From assembly GCA_943788175.1 (NCBI GenBank), contig CALSPG010000005.1, forward strand, positions 96,001 through 160,000: a stretch of DNA of 64,000 nucleotides. Direction: 5' to 3'. The position numbers were made by a program, and so were the translations under genes. The notes beneath the pieces are model-generated. The model was not told where the DNA came from, made no database searches, and worked only from the letters and a program-made list of their open reading frames with translations. Positions 1 through 11,557 of this stretch are shown here, piece by piece. Each line of letters starts with the position of its first letter. Positions within the stretch are counted from its first letter, which is position 1. Origin of the DNA: an uncultured bacterium. Lineage in GTDB: Bacteria > Fidelibacterota > Marinisomatia > Marinisomatales > UBA1611.

Positions 1-1
1 A

Positions 2-682
2 GTAGATAACTCATTAAAACTTGTAGCAAAAAATTTAAAAATAGCAAAAGCTGAGGCTAGAACAATAGCCCGGTCAAACTTAATAGAATTAATGAAGCAG
101 GTCAACTTTGATGGGCGTTCAGTTGGTGAATTGATGGATGATGAACCTCTTATTGAAAGCAGATTAGAAGGCCTAATTGGAAGTGCTTACCAGCAAGGTG
201 AAATAGAATATTTAGAAGGTGACAAAGTTGCTATAGCGTTAGCGGTCAGGATGTCTGGATTATCAGAAATACTTACAGATATAGAAGGATACAAATCAGA
301 CAACATGAATCCTGCTTACTTAATGACCAGTGCTGCTATTCCTAAAAGTCAGCGAATATCTGGAATTGTAATTGACGCTCGAGAGCATGCAGTAGATCCA
401 TCCATGAGCCCAGAGGTAATTGATATGCAGGGCAACTTAGTTTATGGAACTATAAGTTATTCTCGTTCAAAAGCCGTTAACCGTGGCCCGGTTGGATACG
501 CTTACTCAATGGATGATAGGAATGTTAGTCAGCGTGTAGGTAGTAACCCGCTTTTCATTGAAGCCGTTGGATCATTAGACGATGATATTTACATAACGAG
601 CATGGATGCAAATAAAGTAAGAACGGCAGAAAAGAGTTTTGGCGTATTATCGAACTGTCGAGTTATGCTCTTGCTGCAATAG
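2..682 (+). CDS. LPP20-family-like lipoprotein, C-terminal part (5' truncated by window edge)
   Basis: The frame is open from position 2 (VDNSLKLVAKNLKIAKAEARTIARSNLIELMKQ...), so the track start at 92 is internal. Motifs SGIVIDAR, PSMSPEVID..G..VYG and RVGSNPL resemble LPP20-type secreted proteins. Confidence 0.55.
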   Translation, partial: VDNSLKLVAKNLKIAKAEARTIARSNLIELMKQVNFDGRSVGELMDDEPLIESRLEGLIGSAYQQGEIEYLEGDKVAIALAVRMSGLSEILTDIEGYKSDNMNPAYLMTSAAIPKSQRISGIVIDAREHAVDPSMSPEVIDMQGNLVYGTISYSRSKAVNRGPVGYAYSMDDRNVSQRVGSNPLFIEAVGSLDDDIYITSMDANKVRTAEKSFGVLSNCRVMLLLQ

Positions 683-736
683 ATGAAAGAGTTTTACTTT
701 TATAAATCGAAAAAATATAATATTAGTTCATAATTG

Positions 737-772
737 AACGGTCATTCATTTTTTGAGTGGCCGTTTTTTTTT
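737..772 (+). terminator. Rho-independent terminator
   Basis: Inverted repeat AACGGTCATTCA / TGAGTGGCCGTT (with G-U pairs), a T-rich loop and a following T-run, about 55 nt after the stop at 682. Confidence 0.8.
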
Positions 773-804
773 AGCTATTTTAGAAGAATAATTTAGATTA
801 AGTC

Positions 805-1884
805 ATGACAAACAGATCCGCAGTTTTAGTTCTTCAAGACGGGACAATATTTGAAGGATCTTCTTTTGGTGCAATCGGTAAAACGATTGGTGAAGTTTGT
901 TTTAATACAAGCATTACAGGTTACCAAGAAGTCCTAACTGATCCATCATATTCAAAGCAAATAGTCACAATGACGGCACCTCATATAGGTAATTATGGTA
1001 TCAACTCTGATGATGTGGAATCAAGTAAGGTCCAAGTATCTGGATTTATTATTAAAGAGGAATCTATTTTGGCTTCAAGTTGGAGATCCCAGATAACGAT
1101 CAATGATTATCTTAAAAACGAAAAAATTGTTGGAATAAAAGATATTGATACAAGGTCATTGACTATTCACATTAGAAATAACGGAGCTATGAATGGTGTT
1201 ATATGCTCTGAAGGCAATGATATAAATTCATTAAAACAGGAAGTAAATAAATATCCTTCGATGAAAGGAATGGATTTGGCAAAAGTTGTCTCGACTAAGC
1301 ATATATATCAATTTTCAAAAGAGGGTAAAAATAAAGTTGCTGTGCTTGATTTTGGAATTAAAAATAACATTCTAAATATTTTAAAAAGTCTAGACTGCCG
1401 TATTAATGTCTTTCCAGCAGAAACAAAAGCAAAAGATATTTTAGAAACCAATCCTGATGGTATATTTTTGTCTAATGGTCCAGGAGACCCAACAGCTGTA
1501 AGGTATGCGATAAAGACTATTAAAGAAATATTAGGACAGAAACCAATATTTGGTATTTGCCTTGGTCATCAGCTATTAGCTTTAGCATTAGGAGCAAAAA
1601 CATTTAAACTTAAATTTGGTCATCGAGGGGTAAACCATCCTGTGAAAAATCTTATAACGAAAAAAATCGAGATTACTAGTCAAAACCATGGGTTTGCTGT
1701 AGATAGTAAAAGTCTTAAGAGATGATATTGAAGAAACACATATAAACTTAAATGACTACACTAATGCTGGAATTGAATGTAAAAGAAAGCTGCATTTTCA
1801 GTCCAATATCATCCAGAGTCTAGCCCTGGGCCTCACGATAGTAGATATTTATTTAATAAGTTTATTGAGTTAATGAATGCCTAG
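805..1884 (+). CDS. carA: Carbamoyl-phosphate synthase small subunit (two apparent frameshifts, near 1720 and 1785)
   Basis: [21 protein letters not shown], nucleophile GICLGHQ and SQNHGF are present. After the TGA at 1723 the protein continues in the +1 frame ([21 protein letters not shown]), then returns to the original frame ([22 protein letters not shown]...NA*). It ends at TAG 1882-1884, overlapping the carB start. Confidence 0.93.
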
Positions 1885-4800
1885 AAGAAGTGATATTAAT
1901 TCTATTCTAATTATTGGCGCTGGTCCAATAATAATAGGACAAGCTTGTGAATTTGATTATTCAGGAACACAAGCAGCAAAAGCTTTAAAAGAAGAAGGTT
2001 ATAAAATAATATTGGTTAATTCTAATCCTGCGACAATCATGACAGACCCTGATATAGCAGATAGAACTTATATTGAACCAATTACTTTAGAATATGTAAC
2101 TGAAATAATAAAAAAAGAAAATCCAGATGCCATTTTACCAACTGTTGGAGGTCAAACAGCATTAAACCTAGCAATTGAGCTTCACGAACAGGGTGTTTTA
2201 AAAAAGCATAAAGTAGAACTTTTAGGCGCTCAAATAGATTCTATACAAAAAGCCGAAGATAGAGAAAAATTTAAAGAAGCTATGGATGAGGTTTCTATTG
2301 AAACCGCACGTGGCAATTTTGTCTACTCTTGGGAAGAAGCAAAGGATTTAGTTGGTAAAATTCAATTTCCAATAATTATTAGACCATCGTTTACAATGGG
2401 AGGAACTGGTGGCTCTGTTGCTTACAATTTTGAAGAATTTCAAGATTTAGTGAATAACGGTCTTTCTTCAAGTCCCATTAATGAGATTTTGATGGAAGAA
2501 TCTCTAATCGGCTGGAAAGAGTATGAGCTAGAAGTTGTTAGAGATAAATCTGATAATGTTATCATTATATGTTCTATCGAAAATATTGATCCCATGGGTG
2601 TCCATACTGGTGATTCAATAACCGTTGCACCTGCCATGACATTGTCAGATAAAGAATATCAAAAAATGCGAAATTGGGCGATTAAATGTCTTCGCACTAT
2701 TGGTGTAGAAACTGGCGGATCGAATGTTCAATTTGCCGTAAACCCTGATAATGGTAGAATGATTATCATTGAAATGAATCCTCGAGTAAGTAGGTCTTCT
2801 GCATTAGCTTCAAAAGCAACAGGCTTCCCAATAGCAAAAGTTGCTGCCAAATTGGCTATTGGCTATACACTTGATGAAATCCCAAATGATATAACAGGTG
2901 AAACGTTAGCAGCTTTTGAGCCTACAATCGATTATGTAATTACGAAAATACCACGGTTTGATTTTGAAAAGTTTCCTTCTGCTACCGGTCACCTTGGTGT
3001 TCAGATGCAAAGCGTTGGAGAAGCCATGGCAATTGGACGAACCTTTAGAGAATCAATCCAAAAAGCTTTTCGATCACTAGAAGTTGGTCTTGATGGTCTT
3101 GAGCCAAGGTGGGCTTTTGAAAATGATCCGGATTTGATTAGGGCAAGGTCTTTTGACCTAACTAGTTTGCGATTTGCAACAGCATTTAGGTTATTAAAAA
3201 TTAGAGAAGCCTTCTTAACAGGAAAAACAATTGAAGAAATTCATGAAATAACACGAATAGATCGTTGGTTTCTTCATCAAATAAAAATGTTATGTGATCA
3301 ACAATATGATGTCCCAATTTTAGAATTGAAAGAAAAAGGTTTTTCAGATGCGCAAATTGCAAGACAAACCCAATCAACAACTGATATAATCAGGAAAAAA
3401 AGAAAGAATAATCATATTATACCTTCCTTTAAGTTAGTTGATACTTGTTCGGCAGAGTTCAAAGCTAAAACACCATATTGTTACTCAACCTACGATAAGG
3501 GAAATGAAATTCAGCCTATTAAAGGGGAAAAAATTATTATTCTTGGTGGGGGGCCCAATAGAATTGGTCAAGGAATAGAATTTGATTATTGTTGTGTTCA
3601 AGCGGTTTTTGGATTAAAAGAACTCGGATTTAAAACTATAATGATTAATTGTAATCCCGAAACAGTAAGCACAGATTTTGATTTAGTAGATAGATTATAT
3701 TTTGAGCCTGTCACATTTGAAGACGTAATGAATATTATTGAATTCGAAAAACCTGACGGGGTGTTAGTCCAGTTTGGAGGTCAGACACCATTAAAAATTT
3801 CAAATCAATTGGCCGATGCCGGCGCACCAATTATTGGAACTTCTCCCATTAATATTGATGTAGCTGAAGATCGAGAAAAGTTTGGTAAAATTTTAAATAA
3901 ATTAAATATTTCTTGCCCGACATATGGTACAGGTAAAAGCCTTGAAGAAGTGGTTAAAGTAGCTGATAATATTGGTTACCCTGTTCTAGCTAGACCAAGC
4001 TATGTTTTAGGCGGAAGAGCTATGGAAATTGTATATTCTCAAGATCAACTAATTGATTACATTTCACGTTCTGCAGATGTCACCAGAGGACACCCTATAT
4101 TAATTGATCAATTTCTTGAGAATGCTTATGAATTTGATGTTGATGCGCTTTGTGATGGTGAAGAAGTCTACATTGGTGCAATTATGCAACATATTGAAGA
4201 AGCTGGAATACATTCAGGAGATTCTGCTTGCGTACTTCCCCCTTATCAAATAAAATCTCAAACAATTACAGAGATTGAAGAAATAACATCAATTCTTGCG
4301 ATTGAATTGAATGTGATAGGTCTAATAAATATTCAATTTGCATATAAAAATAACAATCTATACGTGTTGGAGGTTAATCCTCGAGCTAGCAGAACAACCC
4401 CTTTTGTAAGCAAGTCTACAAATATTCCATTAGCTAAAATTGCCGCACAATTATCTGTTGGTCAGAAGTTGAAAGATTTAAGCCTTCCTAGGTGGGATAG
4501 TATAAAACATGTTTGCATAAAAGAGGCCGTTCTGCCATTTAATAAATTTCCTGCAGAATCAATATTTTTAAGTCCCGAAATGAAATCTACCGGAGAGGTT
4601 ATGGGGATATCTGAAAACTTTGGTTTATCTTTTTATAAGGCAACATTAAGTGCGGGAGTTCAGTTGCCAGATTCTGGATTAGTTTTTATTTCGGTGAATG
4701 ATGAAGATAAGTTTAAAATTATTCCAATTGTCAGAGGCTTTATAGAGCTTGGATTCAATATTATAGCCACTTCGGGTACGGCACATGAAATAGTCAAAAA

Positions 4801-5065
4801 TGGAATGATTACGAGTACAATTTTTAAAGCTGGAGAAGGTCGGCCAAATATTGTTGATCGCATCAAAAATGACGAGGTAACTCTTGTAATAAATACCCCC
4901 CTAGGCCCACAATCAAGGTACGATGAAGAAGCTATTGGGAAAGCATGTATTCAAAAAAGTATTATGGCTATTACAACTATATCAGCAGCAGATGCAGTTT
5001 TACGTGCTATCAGAACAAAGAATAAAATTAAAGTAAAATCTATACAAGAGTATCATTCTAGCTAG
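1877..5065 (+). CDS. carB: Carbamoyl-phosphate synthase large subunit
   Basis: [28 protein letters not shown]-terminus, two ATP-grasp halves ([20 protein letters not shown]), C-terminal MGS-like domain, 1062 aa. Confidence 0.99.
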   Translation: MPRRSDINSILIIGAGPIIIGQACEFDYSGTQAAKALKEEGYKIILVNSNPATIMTDPDIADRTYIEPITLEYVTEIIKKENPDAILPTVGGQTALNLAIELHEQGVLKKHKVELLGAQIDSIQKAEDREKFKEAMDEVSIETARGNFVYSWEEAKDLVGKIQFPIIIRPSFTMGGTGGSVAYNFEEFQDLVNNGLSSSPINEILMEESLIGWKEYELEVVRDKSDNVIIICSIENIDPMGVHTGDSITVAPAMTLSDKEYQKMRNWAIKCLRTIGVETGGSNVQFAVNPDNGRMIIIEMNPRVSRSSALASKATGFPIAKVAAKLAIGYTLDEIPNDITGETLAAFEPTIDYVITKIPRFDFEKFPSATGHLGVQMQSVGEAMAIGRTFRESIQKAFRSLEVGLDGLEPRWAFENDPDLIRARSFDLTSLRFATAFRLLKIREAFLTGKTIEEIHEITRIDRWFLHQIKMLCDQQYDVPILELKEKGFSDAQIARQTQSTTDIIRKKRKNNHIIPSFKLVDTCSAEFKAKTPYCYSTYDKGNEIQPIKGEKIIILGGGPNRIGQGIEFDYCCVQAVFGLKELGFKTIMINCNPETVSTDFDLVDRLYFEPVTFEDVMNIIEFEKPDGVLVQFGGQTPLKISNQLADAGAPIIGTSPINIDVAEDREKFGKILNKLNISCPTYGTGKSLEEVVKVADNIGYPVLARPSYVLGGRAMEIVYSQDQLIDYISRSADVTRGHPILIDQFLENAYEFDVDALCDGEEVYIGAIMQHIEEAGIHSGDSACVLPPYQIKSQTITEIEEITSILAIELNVIGLINIQFAYKNNNLYVLEVNPRASRTTPFVSKSTNIPLAKIAAQLSVGQKLKDLSLPRWDSIKHVCIKEAVLPFNKFPAESIFLSPEMKSTGEVMGISENFGLSFYKATLSAGVQLPDSGLVFISVNDEDKFKIIPIVRGFIELGFNIIATSGTAHEIVKNGMITSTIFKAGEGRPNIVDRIKNDEVTLVINTPLGPQSRYDEEAIGKACIQKSIMAITTISAADAVLRAIRTKNKIKVKSIQEYHSS

Positions 5066-5069
5066 AATA

Positions 5070-7442
5070 TTATTTTTTTATAGATTTTTCCTCATTTTTT
5101 GATCTGTTATTTCGTTGCATTTTATTTTCTTTATAGGTTTTCCACCTGCCGTGTTTTTTAGTTTTATATAACTCAAATCTTGATTTTATTACTTTCTTAG
5201 GCCAGTTATTATTTACCAAGTTAATATCTGCTGTTTCAAGCTGTGGGTCTAAGTTAAAAGATTTAACAAGCTTTTTTGTTGCAAAGACTTTTGTTATTTG
5301 TTTTCTATTTTTTCTCCATATTTCTGCAGGTATTCTAATAATGTAATTAGTAGAGTCTTCGTATTCTAGTTCTAATATAATCGGCATAACAAGGCCTCCA
5401 ACATTAGAAAACTTTATTTCGTAGTAGTTTAAATTTGAATTATAAATCTTTTTTTCTTGATTTTCAACTACTGAACTATCTCGATACTTGATGAAATCTT
5501 CCTTGTCTAGAATTGATACTTCATATGGGTCATATTTATCATAAAAGTCGTTTGCTTCTTCATCTATTTCAACAATTGTTTCTTGTATCTCAATACTGTT
5601 CTTTTTCTGCCACGATTGAATGGGCTCATTTTCTTCTTCTATTTTTTTTAGAGGTAATTCTATTTCGGGGTTTTTAGTGTCTAAGGTATACCACGTCACT
5701 TCATCAATTGAAATATCAACGGGGTCTGTTGAATAAAACCATCCTCGCCAAAACCAATCTAAATCTATAGCGCTAGCATTTTCAAGAATTCTGAAAAAAT
5801 CGCTTGGTGTTGGGTGTTTAAACATCCATGTTTTGGAATATTCCTTAAATGCAAAATCAAACAACTCTCTACCTACAATAGTTTCTCTTAATATATTTAA
5901 TGCTGTAGCTGGTTTACCATAGGCATTATTCCCAAATTGATAGATTGATTCAGAATTGGTCATGATTGGCATCAAATTATTTTTATCGCCTTTCATATAA
6001 TTTACAATATTCTTTGCCGGGCCACGTCTACTTGGATAGTCTTTATCCCACTCTTGTTCTGTTAGGAACTGTAAATATGTGTTCAGTCCTTCATCCATCC
6101 AAGTCCATTGTCTTTCATCTGAGTTGACAATCATAGGGAAATAATTGTGTCCAACTTCATGGATAATAACGCTTATCATACCATATTTAATTCTTTCAGA
6201 ATAAGTCCCGTCTTCTTGTGGCCTACCATAATTAAAACAAATCATAGGATATTCCATTCCATTAGCTGCCTCTACCGAGATTGCAACCGGGTAGGGGTAA
6301 TTAAATGTATATTTTGAATAGACATTTAATGTATGAGCAACGGCCCGAGTAGAGTATTTCTCATACAAAGGATTCGCTTCCTTAGGATAGTAAGACATTG
6401 CCATTACAGTACGATTTCCTACTTTCACACCCATAGCATCCCATATAAATTTTCTAGAACTAGTAAATGCGAAATCTCTTACATTTTTTGCTTTATATCT
6501 CCATGTTTTTACTTTTTTGCTTCTTGATTTTTCATTTTTAATCGCTTCACCCTGTGATATTATTATCATCGGACTCTTTGCAGTTTTAGATGTTTTGTAT
6601 CTATTAATTTGTTCTTTTGTAAGCACTTCCATCATATTTTGTAGTTCGCCTGTAGAGGCAACTATATGATCAGCTGGTACTGTTATTCGTACATCATAAT
6701 CACCAAAGTCTAATGTGAATTCTCCTCTTCCTAAAAATTGTTTATTTTGCCAACCGTATACATCATTATACATGGCCATTCTTGGGAACCATTGGCAAAT
6801 CGTATATAAATAATTGCTATCAGTTTCAAAAAATTCATATCCAGATCTTCCGCCCATGAACATTCTATCTTGAACTTTATAATTCCAACGTATGGAAATT
6901 GAAGTTTTTGATTTTGACCTTAGTGGTTTTTCAAGGTCTATTCTCATCATTGTTTTGTTTATTACATAATTAAGTTTTCTTCCATCTATCGCAACCACTT
7001 CTTCTATGTTAAATCCACCATCAAAATCATTTAGAATATCAAAAGCGTCTTTATCTCCATATATAAAACCTGGTTTCATTGATGAAAAATTTAATTTACT
7101 TCTCATTTTCCCTGTAGAGATCTTGTAAGCGTCTGAATCTTTTGCTCTAACATTTTGGTCGAGTTGGACCCATAAATAATTAAGGTCATCTGGGGAATTA
7201 TTTGTGTATGTTATTGTTTCAAATCCTGATATAGTTTGATTTTCATCATTTAATTTTACATCAATTGTATAGTCAGCTTTATTTTGCCAATATTCGTGGC
7301 CAGGATAACCAGCTGCAGTTCTGTATGAGTTTGGGGTTGCTATTTCTTGGTCTAATTGTTTGAACTTATCTTCAATTTGTGCAAATAATGTAGACGTTAT
7401 GAATAGTAAAAATATTTTTTGTTTAAAATTATTTAGTAACAA
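5070..7442 (-). CDS. Secreted M1-family zinc aminopeptidase
   Basis: Signal peptide, GMEYP (GAMEN-like), HEVGH followed by WMDEG (HExxH-x18-E), NNAYGKP. The exact start (TTG) is uncertain. Confidence 0.9.
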   Translation of the reverse strand: MLLNNFKQKIFLLFITSTLFAQIEDKFKQLDQEIATPNSYRTAAGYPGHEYWQNKADYTIDVKLNDENQTISGFETITYTNNSPDDLNYLWVQLDQNVRAKDSDAYKISTGKMRSKLNFSSMKPGFIYGDKDAFDILNDFDGGFNIEEVVAIDGRKLNYVINKTMMRIDLEKPLRSKSKTSISIRWNYKVQDRMFMGGRSGYEFFETDSNYLYTICQWFPRMAMYNDVYGWQNKQFLGRGEFTLDFGDYDVRITVPADHIVASTGELQNMMEVLTKEQINRYKTSKTAKSPMIIISQGEAIKNEKSRSKKVKTWRYKAKNVRDFAFTSSRKFIWDAMGVKVGNRTVMAMSYYPKEANPLYEKYSTRAVAHTLNVYSKYTFNYPYPVAISVEAANGMEYPMICFNYGRPQEDGTYSERIKYGMISVIIHEVGHNYFPMIVNSDERQWTWMDEGLNTYLQFLTEQEWDKDYPSRRGPAKNIVNYMKGDKNNLMPIMTNSESIYQFGNNAYGKPATALNILRETIVGRELFDFAFKEYSKTWMFKHPTPSDFFRILENASAIDLDWFWRGWFYSTDPVDISIDEVTWYTLDTKNPEIELPLKKIEEENEPIQSWQKKNSIEIQETIVEIDEEANDFYDKYDPYEVSILDKEDFIKYRDSSVVENQEKKIYNSNLNYYEIKFSNVGGLVMPIILELEYEDSTNYIIRIPAEIWRKNRKQITKVFATKKLVKSFNLDPQLETADINLVNNNWPKKVIKSRFELYKTKKHGRWKTYKENKMQRNNRSKNEEKSIKK

Positions 7443-7506
7443 TCCTGGCCTTTCTGTTTTTGAAAATATTGAGTATTTTATTTCTATATTTAGATTAACA
7501 TCTACT

Positions 7507-8010
7507 ATGAAACATAAAATTAAACATTCACTAATATATTTTCTACTTTTATATAACTCTATATTTCCACACTCTTTTCATTCATCGATATTTTCATTTC
7601 AGTATGATAGTACTTCGAAGGCTATTGAAGTGTCGATGAAGGTTTTTGCAAATGATTTAGAAAAAGCTATAAATCAAATTAATGAATCAAATTTTTTCAT
7701 TGATAGTAAAAAAGATGAAAATAAAATAGATAGTCTGATTTTTGATTACATTGGCAAGACTATTCATTTAAGAATAAATGGGAAAGAATATAATGCAAAC
7801 TGGGTAGGTAAGGAGTTTGAGGGTGATATTGTTTGGTGTTATTTTGAAATTACTGATATAGTGGGAAACATAATGAATATTAGTATTGAAAATAAATTTT
7901 TGTTCTCTTCCTTCGAAGATCAGTTAAATGTTTTACATTTTTTTATCGATAGTGAAAAGAAGACTACAATGACCCACAAAGACAAAACTTTTGATAGTAT
8001 TTCATTTTAA
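7507..8010 (+). CDS. DUF6702-like secreted protein
   Basis: Likely start is ATG 7507 (MKHKIKH...), which avoids overlap with the divergent M1 gene. Signal peptide, then HSFHSS...IEVSMKVFANDLEKAI, typical of the family found beside M1 peptidases in FCB bacteria. Confidence 0.65.
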   Translation: MKHKIKHSLIYFLLLYNSIFPHSFHSSIFSFQYDSTSKAIEVSMKVFANDLEKAINQINESNFFIDSKKDENKIDSLIFDYIGKTIHLRINGKEYNANWVGKEFEGDIVWCYFEITDIVGNIMNISIENKFLFSSFEDQLNVLHFFIDSEKKTTMTHKDKTFDSISF

Positions 8011-8055
8011 ATTTGATTCTTAGGTTTTCAAAATCTTGAATAATAATTATTTATA

Positions 8056-8751
8056 ATGCCACCCTATATATTTAAACTTTTCAGTTTTGACCATATTATT
8101 TCTTTAATAGCAATTATTTTTTTATTCATTACCTTCCTAAGGTATAATGAAAAAATTGGGATAATGAATGATAGCAAAACTTTTTTAATTACTTTATCTG
8201 TTTTGATGATATTCCTTGATCTTTCCGAGGATATAGTAAGAGTTTTTACTGGGCATTATTCTATTATTAAAGATCTTCCTTTACAACTCTGTAGTATAGG
8301 TGTTTACTTAGCAGCATACAATTTGATATATCGGAATCAAGCAATTTTCAATCTGATTTTTTATTGGGGCTTTGTGGGTGCTACAAATGCTATTTTGACA
8401 CCTGATGGTGATTTATTTGAACTGAGGATTTTCTTTTTTTACAGCCAAGCTTACCATGCTGCTTTAATATTTGCTGTTCTATGGATGATGATCAAATATG
8501 ATATGAGAATGGAATATAAATCGATTTTTCAAGTAGTTTTGTACACAAATGCTATAGTTGGGATAATAACCTTTATAAATATTGTGTTGGATAGTAATTA
8601 TATGTTTTTGCGTCAAATACCAAACTCAGTTAGTCCCTTTCTGATGGGAGAGTGGCCTGTATATATATTAATGGTTCAAGTTTTTTCTGTAATCCTTGTA
8701 GTTTTATTTATTAGGCTTCAAGATTTTTTTATGAAGCCTATCAAATATTAA
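8056..8751 (+). CDS. TIGR02206/YwaF (TMEM164-like) integral membrane protein
   Basis: Several TM segments, LPLQLCSI motif, A.LTPD, NYMFL, GEWPVY. Confidence 0.8.
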   Translation: MPPYIFKLFSFDHIISLIAIIFLFITFLRYNEKIGIMNDSKTFLITLSVLMIFLDLSEDIVRVFTGHYSIIKDLPLQLCSIGVYLAAYNLIYRNQAIFNLIFYWGFVGATNAILTPDGDLFELRIFFFYSQAYHAALIFAVLWMMIKYDMRMEYKSIFQVVLYTNAIVGIITFINIVLDSNYMFLRQIPNSVSPFLMGEWPVYILMVQVFSVILVVLFIRLQDFFMKPIKY

Positions 8752-8772
8752 TGTAATAAAAATATAATATGA

Positions 8773-10365
8773 TTAGTCTGAAACTAAAAACTCCGGCTTT
8801 TTTCTGTGCATTGTTTTTTGTTCATAAGCGTATGCCATCTCTATCAATTTTGGTTCACTCCATTCTTTACCGTAAAAAGAGATTCCAACTGGTACATTAT
8901 CGATAAAGCCCATAGGGACATTAATATTCGGGTAGCCAGATAAGGCTGCAAAAACAGTTGTTGATATATAGTATTTATCTCCATTTACTAAATCTGTTTT
9001 CCAAGCAGGACTACCTGTCGGGGAAATAAACGCATCTAAATTATATTTTTTCATCACTCTATCAATCCCCATTTCTCTTGTAGCCGTTTTCATTTCTTGA
9101 ATAGCTTCTTTGTAGGCTTTTGAATTTAAGTCTCCTTTGGTCTCTGCGTTTTCTAATCTCTCGATATTAAAGTAAAGCATTTCAACACTGTCTAATAAAG
9201 TTTGATTTATGAGGTCTTTAAGGTCTTTTACTATAGCGTTTGGTCCTAAGCTATCAAAATATTTTTTTAATCCATCTTTAAATTCATATGCCATGACTTC
9301 TAATGAATGCTTTTCTGGGCTGTTTTTATTATCATTATTTTGGAAAATATTATCAATATGAATTATCTCTGCTCCACTTTCCGTTAAATCTTTGATCGCC
9401 CCTTGCATGAGAAAATCTACCCTGTGATTCTTGCCTTCCATAGTCTTGACATACCCGATTCTTTTATTCTGTAGGCCATTAACATTCAAAAATTTAGTAT
9501 AGTCATTATAGTAATTATTTTTGCTCTTTTTTGTTTTTTTATCGTTGTTATCAACGCCAGTTACCGCTCCAAGAATAATTGCGGCATCTCTAACTGTGCG
9601 AGACATTGGCCCGGCTGTATCTTGAGTGTAACTAATAGGGACTATTCCAGACCTACTCCAAAGTCCAACAGTTGGCTTGATTCCAACTATTCCGTTTGCA
9701 TTTGAAGGACACATAATAGAGCCCCAGGTTTCAGTACCAATAGAGACAACACATAAATTGGCAGAAACGGAGACAGCTGATCCTGAGCTAGAGCCACAAG
9801 GGTTTCTATCTAAAACATAAGGGTTTTTTGTTTGTCCAGAAATTCCGCTCCATCCACTCGAAGAATAAGATGATCTATAATTAGCCCATTCACTTAAGTT
9901 CGTTTTACCAAGAATAATTGCGCCTGAAGCTTTTAATTTTTTTGCTACCCAGCTATCTCTCAACGGGAACGACTCTTTTAAAATTCTAGATCCTGCAGTA
10001 GTTGGCATTTTTCCTCTCACATCAATATTATCTTTTAGAAGTACTGGAATCCCAAAAAGAGGTCCTTTTTTCTTTCCGAGCTTATGCCTTTCATCAAGTG
10101 AGTCAGCAATAGAAAGAGCATCTGGATTAATCACGATTATTGAATTAAGTCGTGGCCCTGACTGATCAATACTTTTTATACGATCAATATAGTTGCTAAC
10201 CAGTTCTTTAACGGTAAAGTGATTATTATCGTACCCAGAATGAATATCAGCAATCGTAATTTCATCAAGTTGAGAATTAAGAATTTGATATGCATTTTTA
10301 GCTTTATTGCACGAAAAAGATAATAGACTAATTAAACAGAAATAAAGAAGAGTATACATTTTCAT
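8773..10365 (-). CDS. Amidase signature family enzyme, probable lipoprotein
   Basis: LLKDNID (catalytic Lys), GKTNLSEWAN, CGSSSGSA, GTETWGSIMCPS; lipobox-like LSFSC. Confidence 0.92.
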   Translation of the reverse strand: MKMYTLLYFCLISLLSFSCNKAKNAYQILNSQLDEITIADIHSGYDNNHFTVKELVSNYIDRIKSIDQSGPRLNSIIVINPDALSIADSLDERHKLGKKKGPLFGIPVLLKDNIDVRGKMPTTAGSRILKESFPLRDSWVAKKLKASGAIILGKTNLSEWANYRSSYSSSGWSGISGQTKNPYVLDRNPCGSSSGSAVSVSANLCVVSIGTETWGSIMCPSNANGIVGIKPTVGLWSRSGIVPISYTQDTAGPMSRTVRDAAIILGAVTGVDNNDKKTKKSKNNYYNDYTKFLNVNGLQNKRIGYVKTMEGKNHRVDFLMQGAIKDLTESGAEIIHIDNIFQNNDNKNSPEKHSLEVMAYEFKDGLKKYFDSLGPNAIVKDLKDLINQTLLDSVEMLYFNIERLENAETKGDLNSKAYKEAIQEMKTATREMGIDRVMKKYNLDAFISPTGSPAWKTDLVNGDKYYISTTVFAALSGYPNINVPMGFIDNVPVGISFYGKEWSEPKLIEMAYAYEQKTMHRKKPEFLVSD

Positions 10366-10488
10366 AATAATAAAATCCTCGATAGTTATTTATTGCTAGA
10401 AGATATGTTTAATTTAACTTTATATCATGTCGAATAAAAAAAGAGCGTATGAAGCTTTCAGCTGATATCAATAAAAAATATAATCTAT

Positions 10489-11484
10489 ATGTTAAATAAG
10501 AAAGGCAATAGCATTTCATTTGGAGTTTGGTTCCAATATGTAAACAGATCAGAAAAAAAATGGAGAACCTATTTTCAAAAATATAAAAATTCAGGTATTA
10601 TTAATTATTTCATTCAGGGTACCCCGAGCCAATTAAAAAAAATAATTATTATAACTAAAAGTATGGAAATAAATATTCATGCTTGGGTTTGGGCGTTAAA
10701 CCGGCCAAAAGATGAAGTAGCTATGAATAATTTAGACTGGTATTCTGTTAATAGAGAGGGACGAAATAGTTATGACTCCCGACCATATGTTGATTACTAT
10801 CAATGGCTTAGTCCTTTCAGTCCTGGAGCTAGAAAACATATAAAAAAAAATATAAAAGAATTTTCCGAGTTAGATGGACTGGCTTCTGTGCATTTAGATT
10901 ACGTAAGATATTGTGATGTGATACTCCCGATAGCTCTTCAGCCAAAATATAACCTAGTTCAAAAAGATGAAATGCCTCAATATGATTTTGGGTACCATAA
11001 AGAAGCAAGACGGGAGTATAAAGAAATTTATAATGTTGATCCGATTAAAATTGAAGATCCACAACGTGATAATAACTGGTTAAAATTTAGATTAGATGCA
11101 TTAACAAGCTTAGTAAACCAATTAGTTGAGATTGCTCATAAAAATGGAACCAAGCTTTCTGCAGCTGTATTCCCTTTCCCAGAAATGTCTCGTAGAATGG
11201 TTAGACAAGACTGGTCATCTTGGAACCTAGACATTGTTTGTCCCATGAATTACCATCATTTTTATAATAAAGATTTAGACTGGATAAAGTTTAGCGTTGA
11301 ACAAGGTATTAAAGAAATTGGAACCCAGGTTGAATATTATTCAGGCTTATTTGTAGGCTCTTTACCACCGGTTGAATTAAAAGAAGCTATAATAAAGTCA
11401 ATAAATGGGGGAGCTACGGGTGTAAATTTTTTTAGTATTAAAAATTTAACTGAAAAACATTTAAAAATTATTAAATCTGTCTAA
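10489..11484 (+). CDS. Glycosyl hydrolase-like 10 (DUF187) family protein
   Basis: IHAWVW, WLSP..P, VHLDYVRY, LSAAVFP, VRQDW..W, PMNY motifs. Confidence 0.8.
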   Translation: MLNKKGNSISFGVWFQYVNRSEKKWRTYFQKYKNSGIINYFIQGTPSQLKKIIIITKSMEINIHAWVWALNRPKDEVAMNNLDWYSVNREGRNSYDSRPYVDYYQWLSPFSPGARKHIKKNIKEFSELDGLASVHLDYVRYCDVILPIALQPKYNLVQKDEMPQYDFGYHKEARREYKEIYNVDPIKIEDPQRDNNWLKFRLDALTSLVNQLVEIAHKNGTKLSAAVFPFPEMSRRMVRQDWSSWNLDIVCPMNYHHFYNKDLDWIKFSVEQGIKEIGTQVEYYSGLFVGSLPPVELKEAIIKSINGGATGVNFFSIKNLTEKHLKIIKSV

Positions 11485-11507
11485 TATGTATCAAAAACTA
11501 TATAACT

Positions 11508-11533
11508 TGGAACAACGTTTTAAAATTAACGTA
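11508..11533 (+). promoter_or_regulatory. Candidate ECF sigma-factor promoter
   Basis: TGGAAC (11508-11513), 16 nt spacer, CGTA (11530-11533). Matches the AAC-N16-CGT pattern of SigW-type promoters and lies about 25 nt upstream of the next ORF. Confidence 0.45.
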
Positions 11534-11557
11534 TGAAATGTTATCGGGGTAAGTCAG

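Noticed and set aside
737-804. PyrR-type attenuator or riboswitch upstream of carA
   Set aside because: Only a simple terminator hairpin is visible, with no PyrR-binding loop or antiterminator. It is best explained as the upstream gene's terminator.
1723-1725. TGA in carA as a second selenocysteine or read-through site
   Set aside because: The same frame has further stops immediately afterwards and CarA homology continues in another frame, so this is a frameshift.
7360-7506. N-terminal extension of the DUF6702-like ORF overlapping the M1 peptidase
   Set aside because: ATG 7507 gives a normal signal peptide with no head-to-head overlap.
11508-11523. Sigma-54 promoter at TGGAAC
   Set aside because: The -12 TTGC element is missing (TTTAA at that position); the ECF-type spacing fits better.
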